A stretch of 64,000 nt of DNA from Eledone cirrhosa (lineage: Eukaryota): positions 2,232,001 to 2,296,000 of the forward strand of contig OZ024765.1 of the NCBI GenBank assembly GCA_964016885.1. Reading direction: 5' to 3'. This document shows, one piece after another, positions 1-13,844 of this stretch; positions within the stretch are counted from its first letter, which is position 1, and each line of letters opens with the position of its first letter. The notes beneath the pieces were generated by a model that was not told the DNA's origin, searched no databases, and saw only the letters and a list, made by a program, of their open reading frames with translations. Made by a program: the position numbers and the translations under genes.

Positions 1-659
1 ACCAGTTGGGGGTAAAGTCCTACCTTAGAATAAGATCCAATAATCCTATCAATGGCGACCCCCCTTCCGCCCTTCCCCGCCCCGCGCCGCCTCCGCCCAC
101 CTCTACGCGTCACCCTCCCCCCACTACACACCTTTTATCTTGTCTCTCTGTTTAACGCGACCCCGCCTCCGACCCGACCGACCTGCTTTTGTTGTTGATG
201 TTGTTATTACTGCTGTTGTTAGTGTTTTTACTTTTGATATTGTTGCTGTTGTTACTGTAGTTGTTGTTGTTGTTGTTGTTACTGTTGTTGTTTTTACTGT
301 TGTTGTTGTTTTTACTGTTGTTGTTACTGTTGTATTTGTTTTTGAAATAAATAATTTACAACAACAACCACAGCCACAACAATAACAACAACAAAAACAA
401 CAATCACAGTTACAAAACAGTCACAACAACAACAGTAACAACAACAACAACAACAGTAACAACAACAACAACAACAGTAACAACAACAACAACAACAACA
501 GTAACAACAACAGCAGCAATGACAACAACAACAGTCACAGCTATGTCAACCATTTTAAAAGTGACATCTTTATCAACCACAACAACAACAATAACAACAA
601 TGAAAATGTCAGCAACAATAACATATTGACTACGACAAAGACTCCACCTTACCTTCCCC

Positions 660-2050
660 GCCACCGCCATCAACATGTCTACACTGCAACACCACTACCA
701 CCACCATCAACATGTCTACACTGCAACACCACCACCACCGCCATCAACATGTCTACACTGCAACACCACTACCACCATCGTCAACATGTCTACACTGCAA
801 CACCACCACCACCGCCATCAACATGTCTACACTGCAACACCACTACCACCACCATCAACATGTCTACACTGCAACACCACCACCACCATCGTCAACATGT
901 CTACACCGCAACACCACTACCACCACCATCAACATGTCAACACCGCAACACTAACACCACCACCGCCATCAACATGTCAACACCGCAACACCACCACCAC
1001 CACCATCAACATGTCAACACCGCAACACTAACACCACCACCGCCATCAACATGTCAACACCGCAACACCACCACCACCACCATCAACATGTCAACACCGC
1101 AACACTAACACCACCACCGCCATCAACATGTCAACACCGCAACACCACCACCACCGCCATCAACATGTCTACACTGCAACACCACCACCACCGCCATCAA
1201 CATGTCTACACTGCAACACCACCACCACCGCCATCAACATGTCTACACTGCAACACCACCACCACCGCCATCAACATGTCTACACTGCAACACCACTACC
1301 ACCACCATCAACATGTCTACACTGCAACACCACCACCACCATCGTCAACATGTCTACACCGCAACACCACTACCACCACCATCAACATGTCAACACCGCA
1401 ACACTAACACCACCACCGCCATCAACATGTCAACACCGCAACACCACCACCACCACCATCAACATGTCAACACCGCAACACTAACACCACCACCGCCATC
1501 AACATGTCAACACCGCAACACCACCACCACCGCCATCAACATGTCTACACTGCAACACCACCACCACCGCCATCAACATGTCTACACTGCAACACCACCA
1601 CCACCGCCATCAACATGTCTACACTGCAACACCACCACCACCGCCATCAACATGTCTACACTGCAACACCACCACCACCGCCATCAACATGTCTACACTG
1701 CAACACCACCACCACCGCCATCAACATGTCTACACTGCAACACCGCCATCAACATGTCTACACTGCAACACCACCACCACCGCCATCAACATGTCAACAC
1801 CGCAACACTAACACCACCACCGCCATCAACATGTCAACACCGCAACACCACCACCACCACCATCAACATGTCAACACCGCAACACTAACACCACCACCGC
1901 CATCAACATGTCAATACCACCACCGCCACCACCATCAACATGCCAACACCGCAACACCACCACCGCCACCACCATCAACATGCCAACACCGCAACACCAC
2001 CACCGCCACCACCATCAACATGTCAAAACCGCAACACCACCACCACCACT
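660..2050. repeat. 37/40-bp minisatellite (CAACATGTCTACACTGCAACACCACCACCACCGCCAT and variants)
   Basis: Tandem units visible directly. Identical ORF translations recur 376 bp apart (1128/1504), indicating a higher-order duplication. Confidence 0.95.
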
Positions 2051-2378
2051 ACCGCCACCACTAACAACAATAACAGTAACACCAACAACATCACCACCAT
2101 CACCACTACGTCGCTAACACAACCACTATTATCCTCATCAACACTACAACCATTATCTGCACCGCCGCCACCGACAACAACACAACCTGCATCATCACCA
2201 TGACGACTACCACCAGCTTCACAACCACCACCACTGTCAATTCATTTTCTTTTTGTTTATCTCGAACTATGTGTGTGTACATACACACATGGTGGCTGCC
2301 AACTCGTTTTCGAGTACTGCCACTACTTTATATCCATGTAGGAGAACCCCTACCGATGCGCTGAACGAGTGTGACTTT

Positions 2379-2690
2379 TTAGTCCAGCCAGCGACTTGAA
2401 AACTCTGGTACAAACACTACACTTGTGACAATTATTGACACATTGTGCTGGGCCCATGGTACCATGTGACGACAAGTGCAGAGAGATCTCCAGATATAAA
2501 GCAATGCCTGTGCCGTGAAGCTTTTATAGTGAGCAAAGGCACTGCACAAAGCCAGTCCCACTCTCTTAACCAAGATGATATTTACCAAAAAGAAGAACAA
2601 GTCAACATCATTGGATACCATCAGGGTTGCAGGTGTTATAGCAGAGTTTTCCTTCTAGAATTCTGCCTTGACAAAGGCTAAGGGCTCATC
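2379..2690 (-). pseudogene. Possible degenerate L1/Tx1-like LINE C-terminal fragment
   Basis: Non-repetitive island. The minus-strand peptide ...SFTAQALLYIW...FSSRWL loosely resembles the end of a Tx1-like ORF2 (compare FAERWV at 14.3 kb). Weak similarity only. Confidence 0.25.
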
Positions 2691-2694
2691 ATAC

Positions 2695-2737
<43 letters not shown>

Positions 2738-2742
2738 TATGT

Positions 2743-2835
<93 letters not shown>

Positions 2836-3204
2836 GAGTGTTTGGGTGTGTATAATTACGTATATGTATATATATATATATAGATAGATAGGTAGGTAGG
2901 TAGATGAATAGATAGATAGATAGATAGAACGTAGTATAGTTAATAGGAAGCATTGTGAGATATGTAGTAAACGACTAATACGCTTCAAAAAATACATAAA
3001 GGGCAAGGGATAACAAATAAAACAAAACAAAGTAACGTTTTACCCAATATATTTCAACATGATATTTCGGGGTTAAAATCCCTTTTTCAAATGTGAAATG
3101 AAAACGGTCCAAAACAACACTAATGACTGATGTATTCTTCCTTAAATGTTGTGTGTGGGTGGAATACATTTTAGTCTAAATGTCTAGAATACTAAGACAG
3201 TAAT

Positions 3205-3325
3205 AACTGTTTCTACTATTGGCACAAGGCCAGCAAATCTCCAGTACATTACTGGTACTTTATTTTATCGAACCCCGTAATGATGAAAGGCAAAGTTAAC
3301 CTCGACAGGATTTGAACTCAGAACT
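3205..3325 (-). mobile_element. tRNA-derived SINE, family A (fragment)
   Basis: ACTGGTACTTTATTTTATCGA...GATGAAAGGCAAAGTTAACCTCG...GGATTTGAACTCAG. The reverse complement contains the B-box-like GAGTTCAAATCC, and the sequence recurs many times in the window. Confidence 0.8.
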
Positions 3326-3467
3326 AAGACAGTAATAGCACTGAAATATGTTGAAATATGCTACGTAGAAATATTAATTTGTTTTGTTCTCTGTCATTGT
3401 TTGCCATTTAAATATTTCTACTGCATTGTACTGGCTTTTTGATATAGTGAGGCGTCATTTATTACGT

Positions 3468-3523
<56 letters not shown>

Positions 3524-3525
3524 TC

Positions 3526-3623
<98 letters not shown>

Positions 3624-3785
3624 TGTGCATATATATATATATATATAATTAAGGAAATAGCCGTCGAAAGGAATTGAGCTCTGCCGTCGGGGTCATACTT
3701 TTTCCTATACATAATTATATATATATATATATATTTATTTATTTATATATATATAAACAATATATATATGCATTATATATATAAT

Positions 3786-3816
<31 letters not shown>

Positions 3817-3831
3817 ACAATATATATATGC

Positions 3832-3872
<41 letters not shown>

Positions 3873-4088
3873 TTTCTGAATTTGTTTAGCAAGATTCTTT
3901 ATCTGAAATCGTGTGTTGAAACCGATATTGTTATACTTTGGGAGGGTCATGTTGCCAATAAGAAACACACGCACCAGTTGCTTTCACTTCAATTTAATTT
4001 AATTTAATATATATTTATAAATTTACAAATTTATAAATTTCTGGTTGGTTGGTTGGTTCCACAACCAGATAGTTGTTTATATATATAT

Positions 4089-4133
4089 AGTCATAGTTCT
4101 TTCGTCACACACTCTGTGACCTCTTCAGTGACT
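4089..4133 (-). ncRNA. Minimal type-I hammerhead ribozyme motif
   Basis: Minus strand: agtca CTGAAGA g gtcac agagtgt gtgac GAAA gaac TA tgact. Stem I is 5 bp and stem II is 5 bp. It lies in a repeat also found at ~8.45-8.59 kb and ~52.9-53.1 kb. Confidence 0.7.
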
Positions 4134-4292
4134 GGGGATTTCTTTCTTCGTTTCTGTGCCTTTCCTTTCTTCTATCCTACGCCATTTTGTTTGTGTGTGG
4201 GTTGCGTGCTCATATACATATACAGACACACAAATTACACATATATATAGATACACACACACAGACTTATACATACTTATACAGACACATGT

Positions 4293-4392
<100 letters not shown>

Positions 4393-4506
4393 TATATATA
4401 TATATAATCAAATCTTACACAAAGGTTTATCGATTTTTTGTGGGGCTCGAAATTGAACTGAACAAATATAAGAAAGAAAGAAAGAGAAAGGAAGAAAGAA
4501 AGAAAG

Positions 4507-4566
<60 letters not shown>

Positions 4567-4903
4567 GGAAGGAAGATATGAATAATGGCAGGAAGAAAAA
4601 AAGTCGCCATTGAATGAGATTTCTTGTCATGTTCAGCTTCACTGTAAGTTAATTTTAGAAAGAATTCGATAAACTTATTCTATTTTGGCATGTGTGTGTG
4701 TATATATATATAGTAATAATAAATACATGTGAAGACAAACATCGAAAGAGGGCTCGATAAAGGATAATATATATATCAAATATATAAGAACCAGAGAGCG
4801 AATATTTATTAAAATTACATATTAATGTTTAAGCAAAGAATCGCTGCTTTCACACATGATGTAATATGGTTGACCATATAGTTTCCCAAATTATATATTC
4901 CCA

Positions 4904-5001
<98 letters not shown>

Positions 5002-5054
5002 ATTTAACACTTCACTGCTCGCAAGTGTTTTTTAAGCTTCATATCATGTCTCCC

Positions 5055-5125
5055 TATTTTATCTGATGAGAACACAAATATCATCCTATGATGATATTTG
5101 TTTTTGAAATGCGCATAATAAAATA
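5055..5125 (+). ncRNA. Type-I hammerhead ribozyme motif (TATTTTAT family, long stem II)
   Basis: tattttat CTGATGA gaacacaaatatcatc ctat gatgatatttgttttt GAAA tgcgca TA ataaaata. 8-bp stem I and palindromic stem III. Confidence 0.8.
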
Positions 5126-5230
5126 CATGGAACTCTTTTAATATATGGAACTCTTTTGATCTTATATTATATATATATATATATATTAATTCAAAATATT
5201 AATAAATATAGACATTCAACGTAATCAAAA

Positions 5231-5300
5231 TATATTTTATTATATATATTTCGGAGGTACTGTGCTGTTTTTTCAGTACGTCCTCATCAGATAAAATATA
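5231..5300 (-). ncRNA. Type-I hammerhead ribozyme motif (TATTTTAT family)
   Basis: Minus strand: tatattttat CTGATGA ggacgtactg aaaaaacagca cagtacctcc GAAA tatata TA ataaaatata. 10-bp stem I. Confidence 0.8.
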
Positions 5301-5390
5301 TAAATTGATGTATGACATTCCTCGACTGTGCTGATGGTTAAATTCAGGTCTTGGCAGTGATTAATCAATGAACCTTGTTTAAGTTTTGGT

Positions 5391-5493
<103 letters not shown>

Positions 5494-5494
5494 T

Positions 5495-5573
5495 ACAGGG
5501 TATAACAAAATGTGGCTACAAACCTTCATTAGAATGTTGTTCAAGCCTGTATACATTTTTGGGGACACCCTAT
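5495..5573. mobile_element. Tiny Tc1/mariner-type MITE remnant
   Basis: TACAGGGT...AAAATG / CATTTTTGGGGACACCCTATA imperfect TIRs in a TA context. A related piece lies at 44425-44490. Confidence 0.5.
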
Positions 5574-5606
5574 ATACATATAATACATATATGCATTTAT
5601 ATATAC

Positions 5607-5703
<97 letters not shown>

Positions 5704-5749
5704 GTTGAAAAATCGTATTCATGAAATAAGATGAACAGGTGTATGTAAC

Positions 5750-5817
<68 letters not shown>

Positions 5818-5867
5818 GTGAATATATGAATGTATTACACACACACTCATATATAATATATATAATA

Positions 5868-5919
<52 letters not shown>

Positions 5920-5984
5920 CCGGTAGCGAGCTTATACTATTAAGTTTGCGCTAAGGTATGTCAATATCTTAACACAAAATATTA

Positions 5985-6044
5985 TATTTTATCTGATGAA
6001 AGCACACTAAAATTTTGTGTCCTTGAAATACGTATAACAAAATA
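5985..6044 (+). ncRNA. Type-I hammerhead ribozyme motif (TATTTTAT family)
   Basis: tattttat CTGATGA aagcacac taaaatttt gtgtcctt GAAA tacgta TA acaaaata. Palindromic TACGTA stem III. Confidence 0.7.
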
Positions 6045-6084
6045 AATATGGTATGATAAAGATATTTTCCATTTATTAATATTG

Positions 6085-6126
<42 letters not shown>

Positions 6127-6170
6127 TTAAAATATTGTATCTGCCGATATTACTTCTTGTTGTTTTAATT

Positions 6171-6208
6171 GCCCTGATGAGTCCTTAATAGGACGAAACA
6201 TTGTCGGC
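6171..6208 (+). ncRNA. Canonical minimal type-I hammerhead ribozyme (GUC triplet)
   Basis: gcc CTGATGA gtcc ttaata ggac GAAA catt GTC ggc, followed by AATAAA. Matches the PLE-type minimal HHR consensus. Confidence 0.85.
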
Positions 6209-6319
6209 TAATAAAGACTTTTGATGTATTGAAGGCTTCTTTGTTTTACTCTCTTAATATATATATATATTTATATACACACTGTTTCCCCGAAAAATAT
6301 ATTCATCATTCTAATAAAT

Positions 6320-6370
<51 letters not shown>

Positions 6371-6820
6371 GTAGTTGTTTTGAAACTGATGTCAGTTGAA
6401 TGTCAGTGTTAAGTTATTTTCGAATCTTTACCTATTGAGTTCGACTCCCGGGCTAGGCTCATATAAAAGCAACAGCAAAAAAATGTTTCACTTCGATTTC
6501 GTATTTTACCTCTTCGGTCTTAATCGATAATATATGTTACAAGTAGTGTATATATATATATATTGGAATCAATTCAATCAATCGATGTTGTCTGTTATTC
6601 AATTTCTCTGCCGGCAGATCTGTGGCTCTGTTTCCTTCTGAGAAATCGATACAGATCGATAAAATTCGCAGCTATTTCCGTAAACCATTTCGTACTTCTT
6701 GTGTGTGTGTGTGTGTGTGTGTATGTGTGTGAGTGTGTAAGTGTGTGTGTGAGAGATTTATTTTGTGCGTTGTTGATGTTACTCTCTCTGTCTGTTTGTC
6801 TATCTCTCTCTCTCTCTCTG

Positions 6821-7020
6821 NNNNNNNNNNNNNNNNNNNNNNNNNNNNNNNNNNNNNNNNNNNNNNNNNNNNNNNNNNNNNNNNNNNNNNNNNNNNNNNN
6901 NNNNNNNNNNNNNNNNNNNNNNNNNNNNNNNNNNNNNNNNNNNNNNNNNNNNNNNNNNNNNNNNNNNNNNNNNNNNNNNNNNNNNNNNNNNNNNNNNNNN
7001 NNNNNNNNNNNNNNNNNNNN
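6821..7020. other. Assembly gap (200 N)
   Basis: Run of N between (CT)n and (GA)n tracts. Confidence 1.
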
Positions 7021-7350
7021 AAGAGAGAGAAAGAGTGGAAAGAGAAAGAAATAGAGGGAAAGAGAGAGAGAAAGAGAGCGAGAGAGAAAGAGAAAGAAGT
7101 AAGAGAAAGAGAAGAGAAAGTAAGAGAGTGACAAGTTTATAGTTATGTACAGAAAATATAGAGGGAGATACTTGTTATATATGTAAGAACAAATAGACAC
7201 ACATATACACGCACGGACATATATATATACATACATACACATATATATATATAATTATATATATATATACATACATACATATATACACACATTTTCTTAC
7301 ACGCAGTCAAAAATCACACTTATATATATGTACTGTGTATATATACAAAT

Positions 7351-7386
<36 letters not shown>

Positions 7387-7528
7387 CTAAAATATATATA
7401 TACATATATATATAAATATATATACAAATATACATGTATATATATACACACACAAAACACTTAGACATAATTACAGTCTCACAGATCAAATAAAAGAAGG
7501 GGAAGAAACACAAACGTACTCATAATAG

Positions 7529-7559
<31 letters not shown>

Positions 7560-7651
7560 CTGTGTATATATATGTTTACCTTTCTATATATATATATATA
7601 TATATACGTATGTCTTTTCTGTATATAAATATATATATATACGTATGTGTT

Positions 7652-7694
<43 letters not shown>

Positions 7695-7726
7695 ATTTTA
7701 GACACACGGTTTACTGTGTTTCTTAC

Positions 7727-7787
<61 letters not shown>

Positions 7788-8289
7788 CATACACATTCAC
7801 ATAAATACATACACATACACATATAGATAAATACATATACTCAAACCGTACCCCAGATACATCACACAACCACCACAACCATCACCACCACCACCACCAC
7901 CACACTACCACTACCACTACCACCACCACCACTACACCACCACCACCACCACCACCATCACCATTATACAAAACAAACAGGTTGGCCTGTAAATGTCCGC
8001 TGTTCTCTGTGAAGTGTTGTAGCGACGTAGCTGTCTCTACGCTTTTTATAACTCTGAGTGGCGGCCATCATTGAAAACAAGAATTCTTTGGTGATCTTAC
8101 GGTCGTTACCATTTAATTGCTACCCTAAATATAAGTGGATACTTTAACATATGTACACACGTACACGCACGTAAGGATGTGTGTATATGTGTGTGTATGT
8201 ATACACACACATTATATATATATATATATATATACACACAAACACATATTTGTATATCTATATATGCACACAAACACACACACACACAT

Positions 8290-8323
<34 letters not shown>

Positions 8324-8548
8324 CAAATACACAGTTATATAATCATATACATATATACACACACAGGTATATATATATATATATATATATGTCTGTGTAT
8401 ATATATATACACACACATACATATATATATAGAGAAAGTTATATTTTGGGAGGGTCATGCTACCAACTAAAACACACGCATCTGGGATTTCCCTTCAATT
8501 TATTATGAATTTCGAGTGGGTTAGTATAAGCGGATGGTTATTTATTTA

Positions 8549-8592
8549 TAGTCAAAGCTCTTTCGCCACACATTGTGACCTTCGCAGTGAAT
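8549..8592 (-). ncRNA. Degenerate hammerhead motif (same family as 4089)
   Basis: Minus strand: ttca CTG-CGA ag gtcac aatgt gtggc GAAA gagc TT tgact. One core base is missing. Confidence 0.45.
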
Positions 8593-9014
8593 AATAACAA
8601 CTAAAATAACAACCAAAACAAACAAACTCAACTACAACAACAACGATAATACCAAGTACCACAACCACCAAAAACACCACGACAACCAGCAGCGCCACCG
8701 TGCGGATATTATCAACAAAAATAAAGAGAAACAACCACCGGCTCCACCACAACACCACAAACAACACCACCACCACCACTACCAACAACAACACCAACAC
8801 TACCAACAACAACACCACCACCACTGCCAACAACAACAACAACAACAAGACATCCAACATAACAACAACAACATCAACAACAACCATAATCTAACTTTAA
8901 AAAGTTTTCTATCTGTTGATGAAACGACTGAGAACTAAAGATGGTCACAATAAGGATGAAAGGGAAGTTGGAGAGCTCTCTCTCTCTCTCTCTCTCTCTA
9001 GAGAGAGAGAGACA

Positions 9015-9045
<31 letters not shown>

Positions 9046-9046
9046 T

Positions 9047-9136
<90 letters not shown>

Positions 9137-9246
9137 GGTAGAGTGGTTACGTGCCTAACAACGCTGAATTCAACAAATTATTTTAAAACTCACATACACC
9201 TGTATGTATATATATATATATACATACATACGCAGGTATGTATGTA

Positions 9247-9284
<38 letters not shown>

Positions 9285-9399
9285 CACATGTATATATACA
9301 TATGCATATAAGTAAGTACATTAAGGATCACTTCAAATATTAGGACTCAGAGAAAATTAAGGAACACCAACAGAAATGAAAGTTCTCTCTGGATGTGTG

Positions 9400-9463
<64 letters not shown>

Positions 9464-9464
9464 G

Positions 9465-9505
<41 letters not shown>

Positions 9506-9592
9506 TATGAATATATATATATACACACACATATATTCATATATGTATGTATACATTCACACACACACACACAGATATATATATATATATTC

Positions 9593-9624
<32 letters not shown>

Positions 9625-9626
9625 TC

Positions 9627-9663
<37 letters not shown>

Positions 9664-10252
9664 GACATATATGTATATATATATATATTTATATATTTAT
9701 ATATATGTAAATACACATATATGTGTATATATATGTGTGTGTATACACATAGTGTGTGTATATATATATATATGTACATATACATTATATATTATATATA
9801 TATATGCATGTATATGTATATATATAAATATATATACATATAAACTCACAGATATCTATATATATGTATATATACATGTGTGTGTGTACCTACGCGTATT
9901 CCAGGATGACATCAGCAAATTGCTTTATACACATACATACATACACACACAGCCATACTCTCACACCACACACACACACACACACACAGCCATACACACA
10001 CACACAGAACCAACCAAATTTAAAGAAAGGGTCAAGTCATTGACCTCTGGAGAAATTCGGACATTTTATTGCTGGAGGGTTATAGCCGAAAATTCCGGCC
10101 ATAGTCCTTTGGTGCGGTGTTTGGTCAGAACGAGGTCGAAGACTTCAAACATCAAGTGGTCCAGCCGCACAATTAATAGTTATATGTGTGTAATCATCCA
10201 CATGTGTGTGTGTGTGTGTCTGTGTGTGTGTGGGTGTATGTGTGTGTGTGGG

Positions 10253-10377
<125 letters not shown>

Positions 10378-10650
10378 CATTCAAGAGCCCGACGGCTGAG
10401 CTCTGGCCATTTCAACATCAAGTGGTCAGCCGCACAATTAATAGTTATATGTGTGTAATCATCCACATGTGTGTGTGCGGCTGTGTGTGTGTATCTGTGT
10501 GTCTGGTTGTGTAGCTGTATGTGTGTGTGTGTGTGTGTGTGTGTGGCTGTATGTGTGTGTGTATGTCTGTGTGTGTGGCTGTATTGTGTGTGTCTGTGTG
10601 TGTGGCTGTATGTGTGTGTGTGTGTGTGTCTGTGTGTGTATGTAAGTGTA

Positions 10651-10694
<44 letters not shown>

Positions 10695-10697
<3 letters not shown>

Positions 10698-10805
10698 GTG
10701 TCTGATGATTGGAAAGTTGTGAGTTCGATTCCTAGACCAGGCCATATTTTTGTGTCTCCTTGTATTTTACTCTTGAGCAAGACACTTTATTTTACTCAGC
10801 TGGCA
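10695..10805 (+). mobile_element. tRNA-derived SINE family B, 5' head
   Basis: GAGTTCGATTCC B-box followed by CTTGAGCAAGACACTTTATTT, shared with the 48530 copy. Confidence 0.6.
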
Positions 10806-11071
10806 CAACCTGTGCCATACTGAATCTCCCTGAGGACTAAATTAAGTAGTGGAATAATTGCTGGCCTTGTGCCCAAAATAGAAACAATTATAACTACCAG
10901 CACCACCACCATACCCACCACCACCACCATCAATAATATTACCAACTCGATATTCACCCCCCACCATCACCACCACCAGACCCTCCCCTCGTTTGTTGTT
11001 AGCACAGTTGTGAATCAGACGAGATTTTGATGGCGTTAAAAGCTGTAATACAGACAGACAGACAGACAGAC

Positions 11072-11122
<51 letters not shown>

Positions 11123-11171
11123 GAGAGAGAGGGAGAAAGAGAGAGAGAGAGAAAGAGAGTGAGAGTCAGCT

Positions 11172-11239
<68 letters not shown>

Positions 11240-11245
11240 CTACAC

Positions 11246-11288
<43 letters not shown>

Positions 11289-11681
11289 CAGGTTTGGAGT
11301 TGGTTTCTATCAGTTCTAGGAAAAAAAACTAACCGTTCGTTTAACATTGCATCCTTTCTCGATCACCCAATTATCCATCAATCCAACCTCCCTCCCTCCC
11401 TACCCCCCTCCCTCCCTACCTATCTATCTACCTCCCCCTCCCCATCTATCTATCCCCTCCCTCCCCATCTATCTATCCCCTCCCTCCCCATCTATCTATC
11501 CCCTCCCTCCCCATCTATCTATCTATATGCGCTTACCTTTTTTATTCATATATATATATACCTATATATATATATGTATATATACCTATCTCTTTATCTA
11601 TCTATCTATTCCCCAATCCCTCACTTCTTACTCAACACACTAAGATCTGGGCCCAGGAAACAGCTTAACAGACACAAACAA

Positions 11682-11829
<148 letters not shown>

Positions 11830-11943
11830 GCGAGTTCGATCGGGGGTAACCACATTTTGTTATATATATATATATGTGTGTATGTATGCATGTAGAGAGA
11901 GAGAGAGAGGGGGGGGGGGGGGGGCGAGAGAGAGAGAGTGAGT

Positions 11944-12079
<136 letters not shown>

Positions 12080-12442
12080 CAGACAAACAGACAGACAGAT
12101 ATTCTAGATTAATTGATTGATAGATAGATAGAGAGACAAGAGAAGATAAACACAGAGAGGTGGATTGACAGCTCAAGAGAGAGTCCGAAAGACAGGCAAA
12201 CAAACAAGCGGACGCGCCACCGCCCAATCCCGAACGCCAAAAAGCCGTTGTTCCAGGAATGGTTTAAAGCGTCGTCAACTCGAGTGGGTTTCAAGTGGGT
12301 GAGATTACATCAGTGACTGTCACGTGATAGATGGGACATTGTTGTAGTTGTTAGTGTTCCAGCATGGCCGAAATCCATCAGGTTTGTTTGCAAATGTGTT
12401 TACATCCAGATCATATCGTTAACATTATTTTCAATAGCTGTG

Positions 12443-12528
12443 GATTGGCAGCAGAACCGGTAGAGCGTCGAACAACATGCTTTGTAGCATATAGTTTCGT
12501 CCCTTTACTTTCTGAGTTCAAATCTCGT
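12443..12528 (+). mobile_element. SINE family A 5' head
   Basis: TGGCAGCAGAACCGGTAGAGCGTCG (A-box-like) ... TTCTGAGTTCAAATCTCG (B-box). Confidence 0.6.
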
Positions 12529-12539
12529 GTATGAATATA

Positions 12540-12728
12540 TACAGTGAAAATCCGTTATAACGAAATTCACGGGTTATAAAAATTATTCGTTGTAACGAAA
12601 ATTCTTTATAACCAGATTGACGGAAACAAATCGTGCGCTTGTTTGTTATTACCTCCGGGATTGAAAAAAATTTCGTTATACTGAAAAGTTTGTTATAATA
12701 ATATTCGTTATAAGGAATTTTACCTGTA
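12540..12728. mobile_element. pogo/Tigger-like MITE
   Basis: TIRs TACAGTGAAAATCCGTTATAACGAA ... TTCGTTATAAGGAATTTTACCTGTA with TA ends and internal CGTTATAACG repeats. A related right end lies at ~57355-57405. Confidence 0.7.
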
Positions 12729-12799
12729 AATGAGATTGAATGAGCGTATGTCATGCTACGTGAAAAAAATACAAATATATATGTTTATATACCACATGA

Positions 12800-12859
<60 letters not shown>

Positions 12860-12971
12860 ATTACGGGTTCAATCGGGGGTAACCACCACAGTATTACATT
12901 GACAGCTTTCTTGATAATTTCTACCGAATGAAACAGTTCTAGTCCTGTAGAAGCCATTTCTATATTAAATG

Positions 12972-13057
<86 letters not shown>

Positions 13058-13281
13058 AAAGAAAAACACAGGTAAGCATGCTTCTTTTTTTCTTTTATCC
13101 TTTACACTCCAATATTGAACGTGATTCTTACAAACTTGTGGAGTTACCCCTAACCCTACATTGAAACCATCCATGGAAACTGGCTTTCTTAACCACGAAC
13201 TGGATTACAATAAGCAATTTTCTGCTTCCCTAACTATATATCAGATGTGAGAAAAAACCACAGACCCTCCATCTCAACTCA

Positions 13282-13318
13282 CCTTTTGAAAAGCAGAAGA
13301 ACTGCGAAACGGTAAAGG
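13282..13318 (+). ncRNA. Hammerhead ribozyme motif with U3:A8 variant core (copy 1)
   Basis: cctt TTGAAAA gcag aagaa ctgc GAAA cg GTA aagg, then AATAAA. Lies within a ~210-bp repeat at 13247-13456. Confidence 0.65.
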
Positions 13319-13449
13319 AACCAAATAAATATATATATATTTTTTAAAAATAAGACTCCAGTTGCATTTTCGATTTCATCTCTTTTTCTTTATACTTTCA
13401 CTCGTGTAGGACACCTCGGTTATTTTTCATTTTGTAAATAAAACCTCAC

Positions 13450-13497
<48 letters not shown>

Positions 13498-13500
<3 letters not shown>

Positions 13501-13682
13501 CGAGTAGGACCCCGACGGCTGAGCTCAAGCCGTTTCGACAGCTAATTCTGGACAGAATTAGCCGTCGAAACAGCTTGAGCTCAGCCGTCGGGGTCCTACT
13601 CGTTCCTATTACCCACTCTACTCTTAGTATTGAGTACTTTGGTGCGTTATGGTCCATCTGGTTCCGTACCACAATTCCTTCG

Positions 13683-13684
<2 letters not shown>
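13498..13684. mobile_element. Fold-back (TA)n-embedded repeat with hammerhead-like GAAA/stem III half
   Basis: Near-perfect ~50-bp-arm palindrome at 13501-13602 plus a unique tail. Further copies at 45114-45272 and 48859-49059; fragments at 3650, 10385, 36159, 50554 and 51360. Confidence 0.8.
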
Positions 13685-13720
<36 letters not shown>

Positions 13721-13737
13721 TATATATTATATATATA

Positions 13738-13773
<36 letters not shown>

Positions 13774-13844
13774 TCACATGTAGAGAGTTACTTTTAAATG
13801 TCAGACAGAAGTAGTGACAGAGTGTCTTTATAAGAGTCACGAAA

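Noticed and set aside
626-2203. His/Thr/Pro-rich ORFs in all three plus frames
   Set aside because: Translations of a 37-bp minisatellite; the period is not a multiple of 3.
6490-6520. Further HHR-like strings (6493-6517 minus, 4728-4760, 45320-45350, 39445-39478 minus, 61108-61155, 62125-62155)
   Set aside because: Core boxes mutated and/or stems I and III not pairing. Too degenerate to call, though they may be decayed copies.
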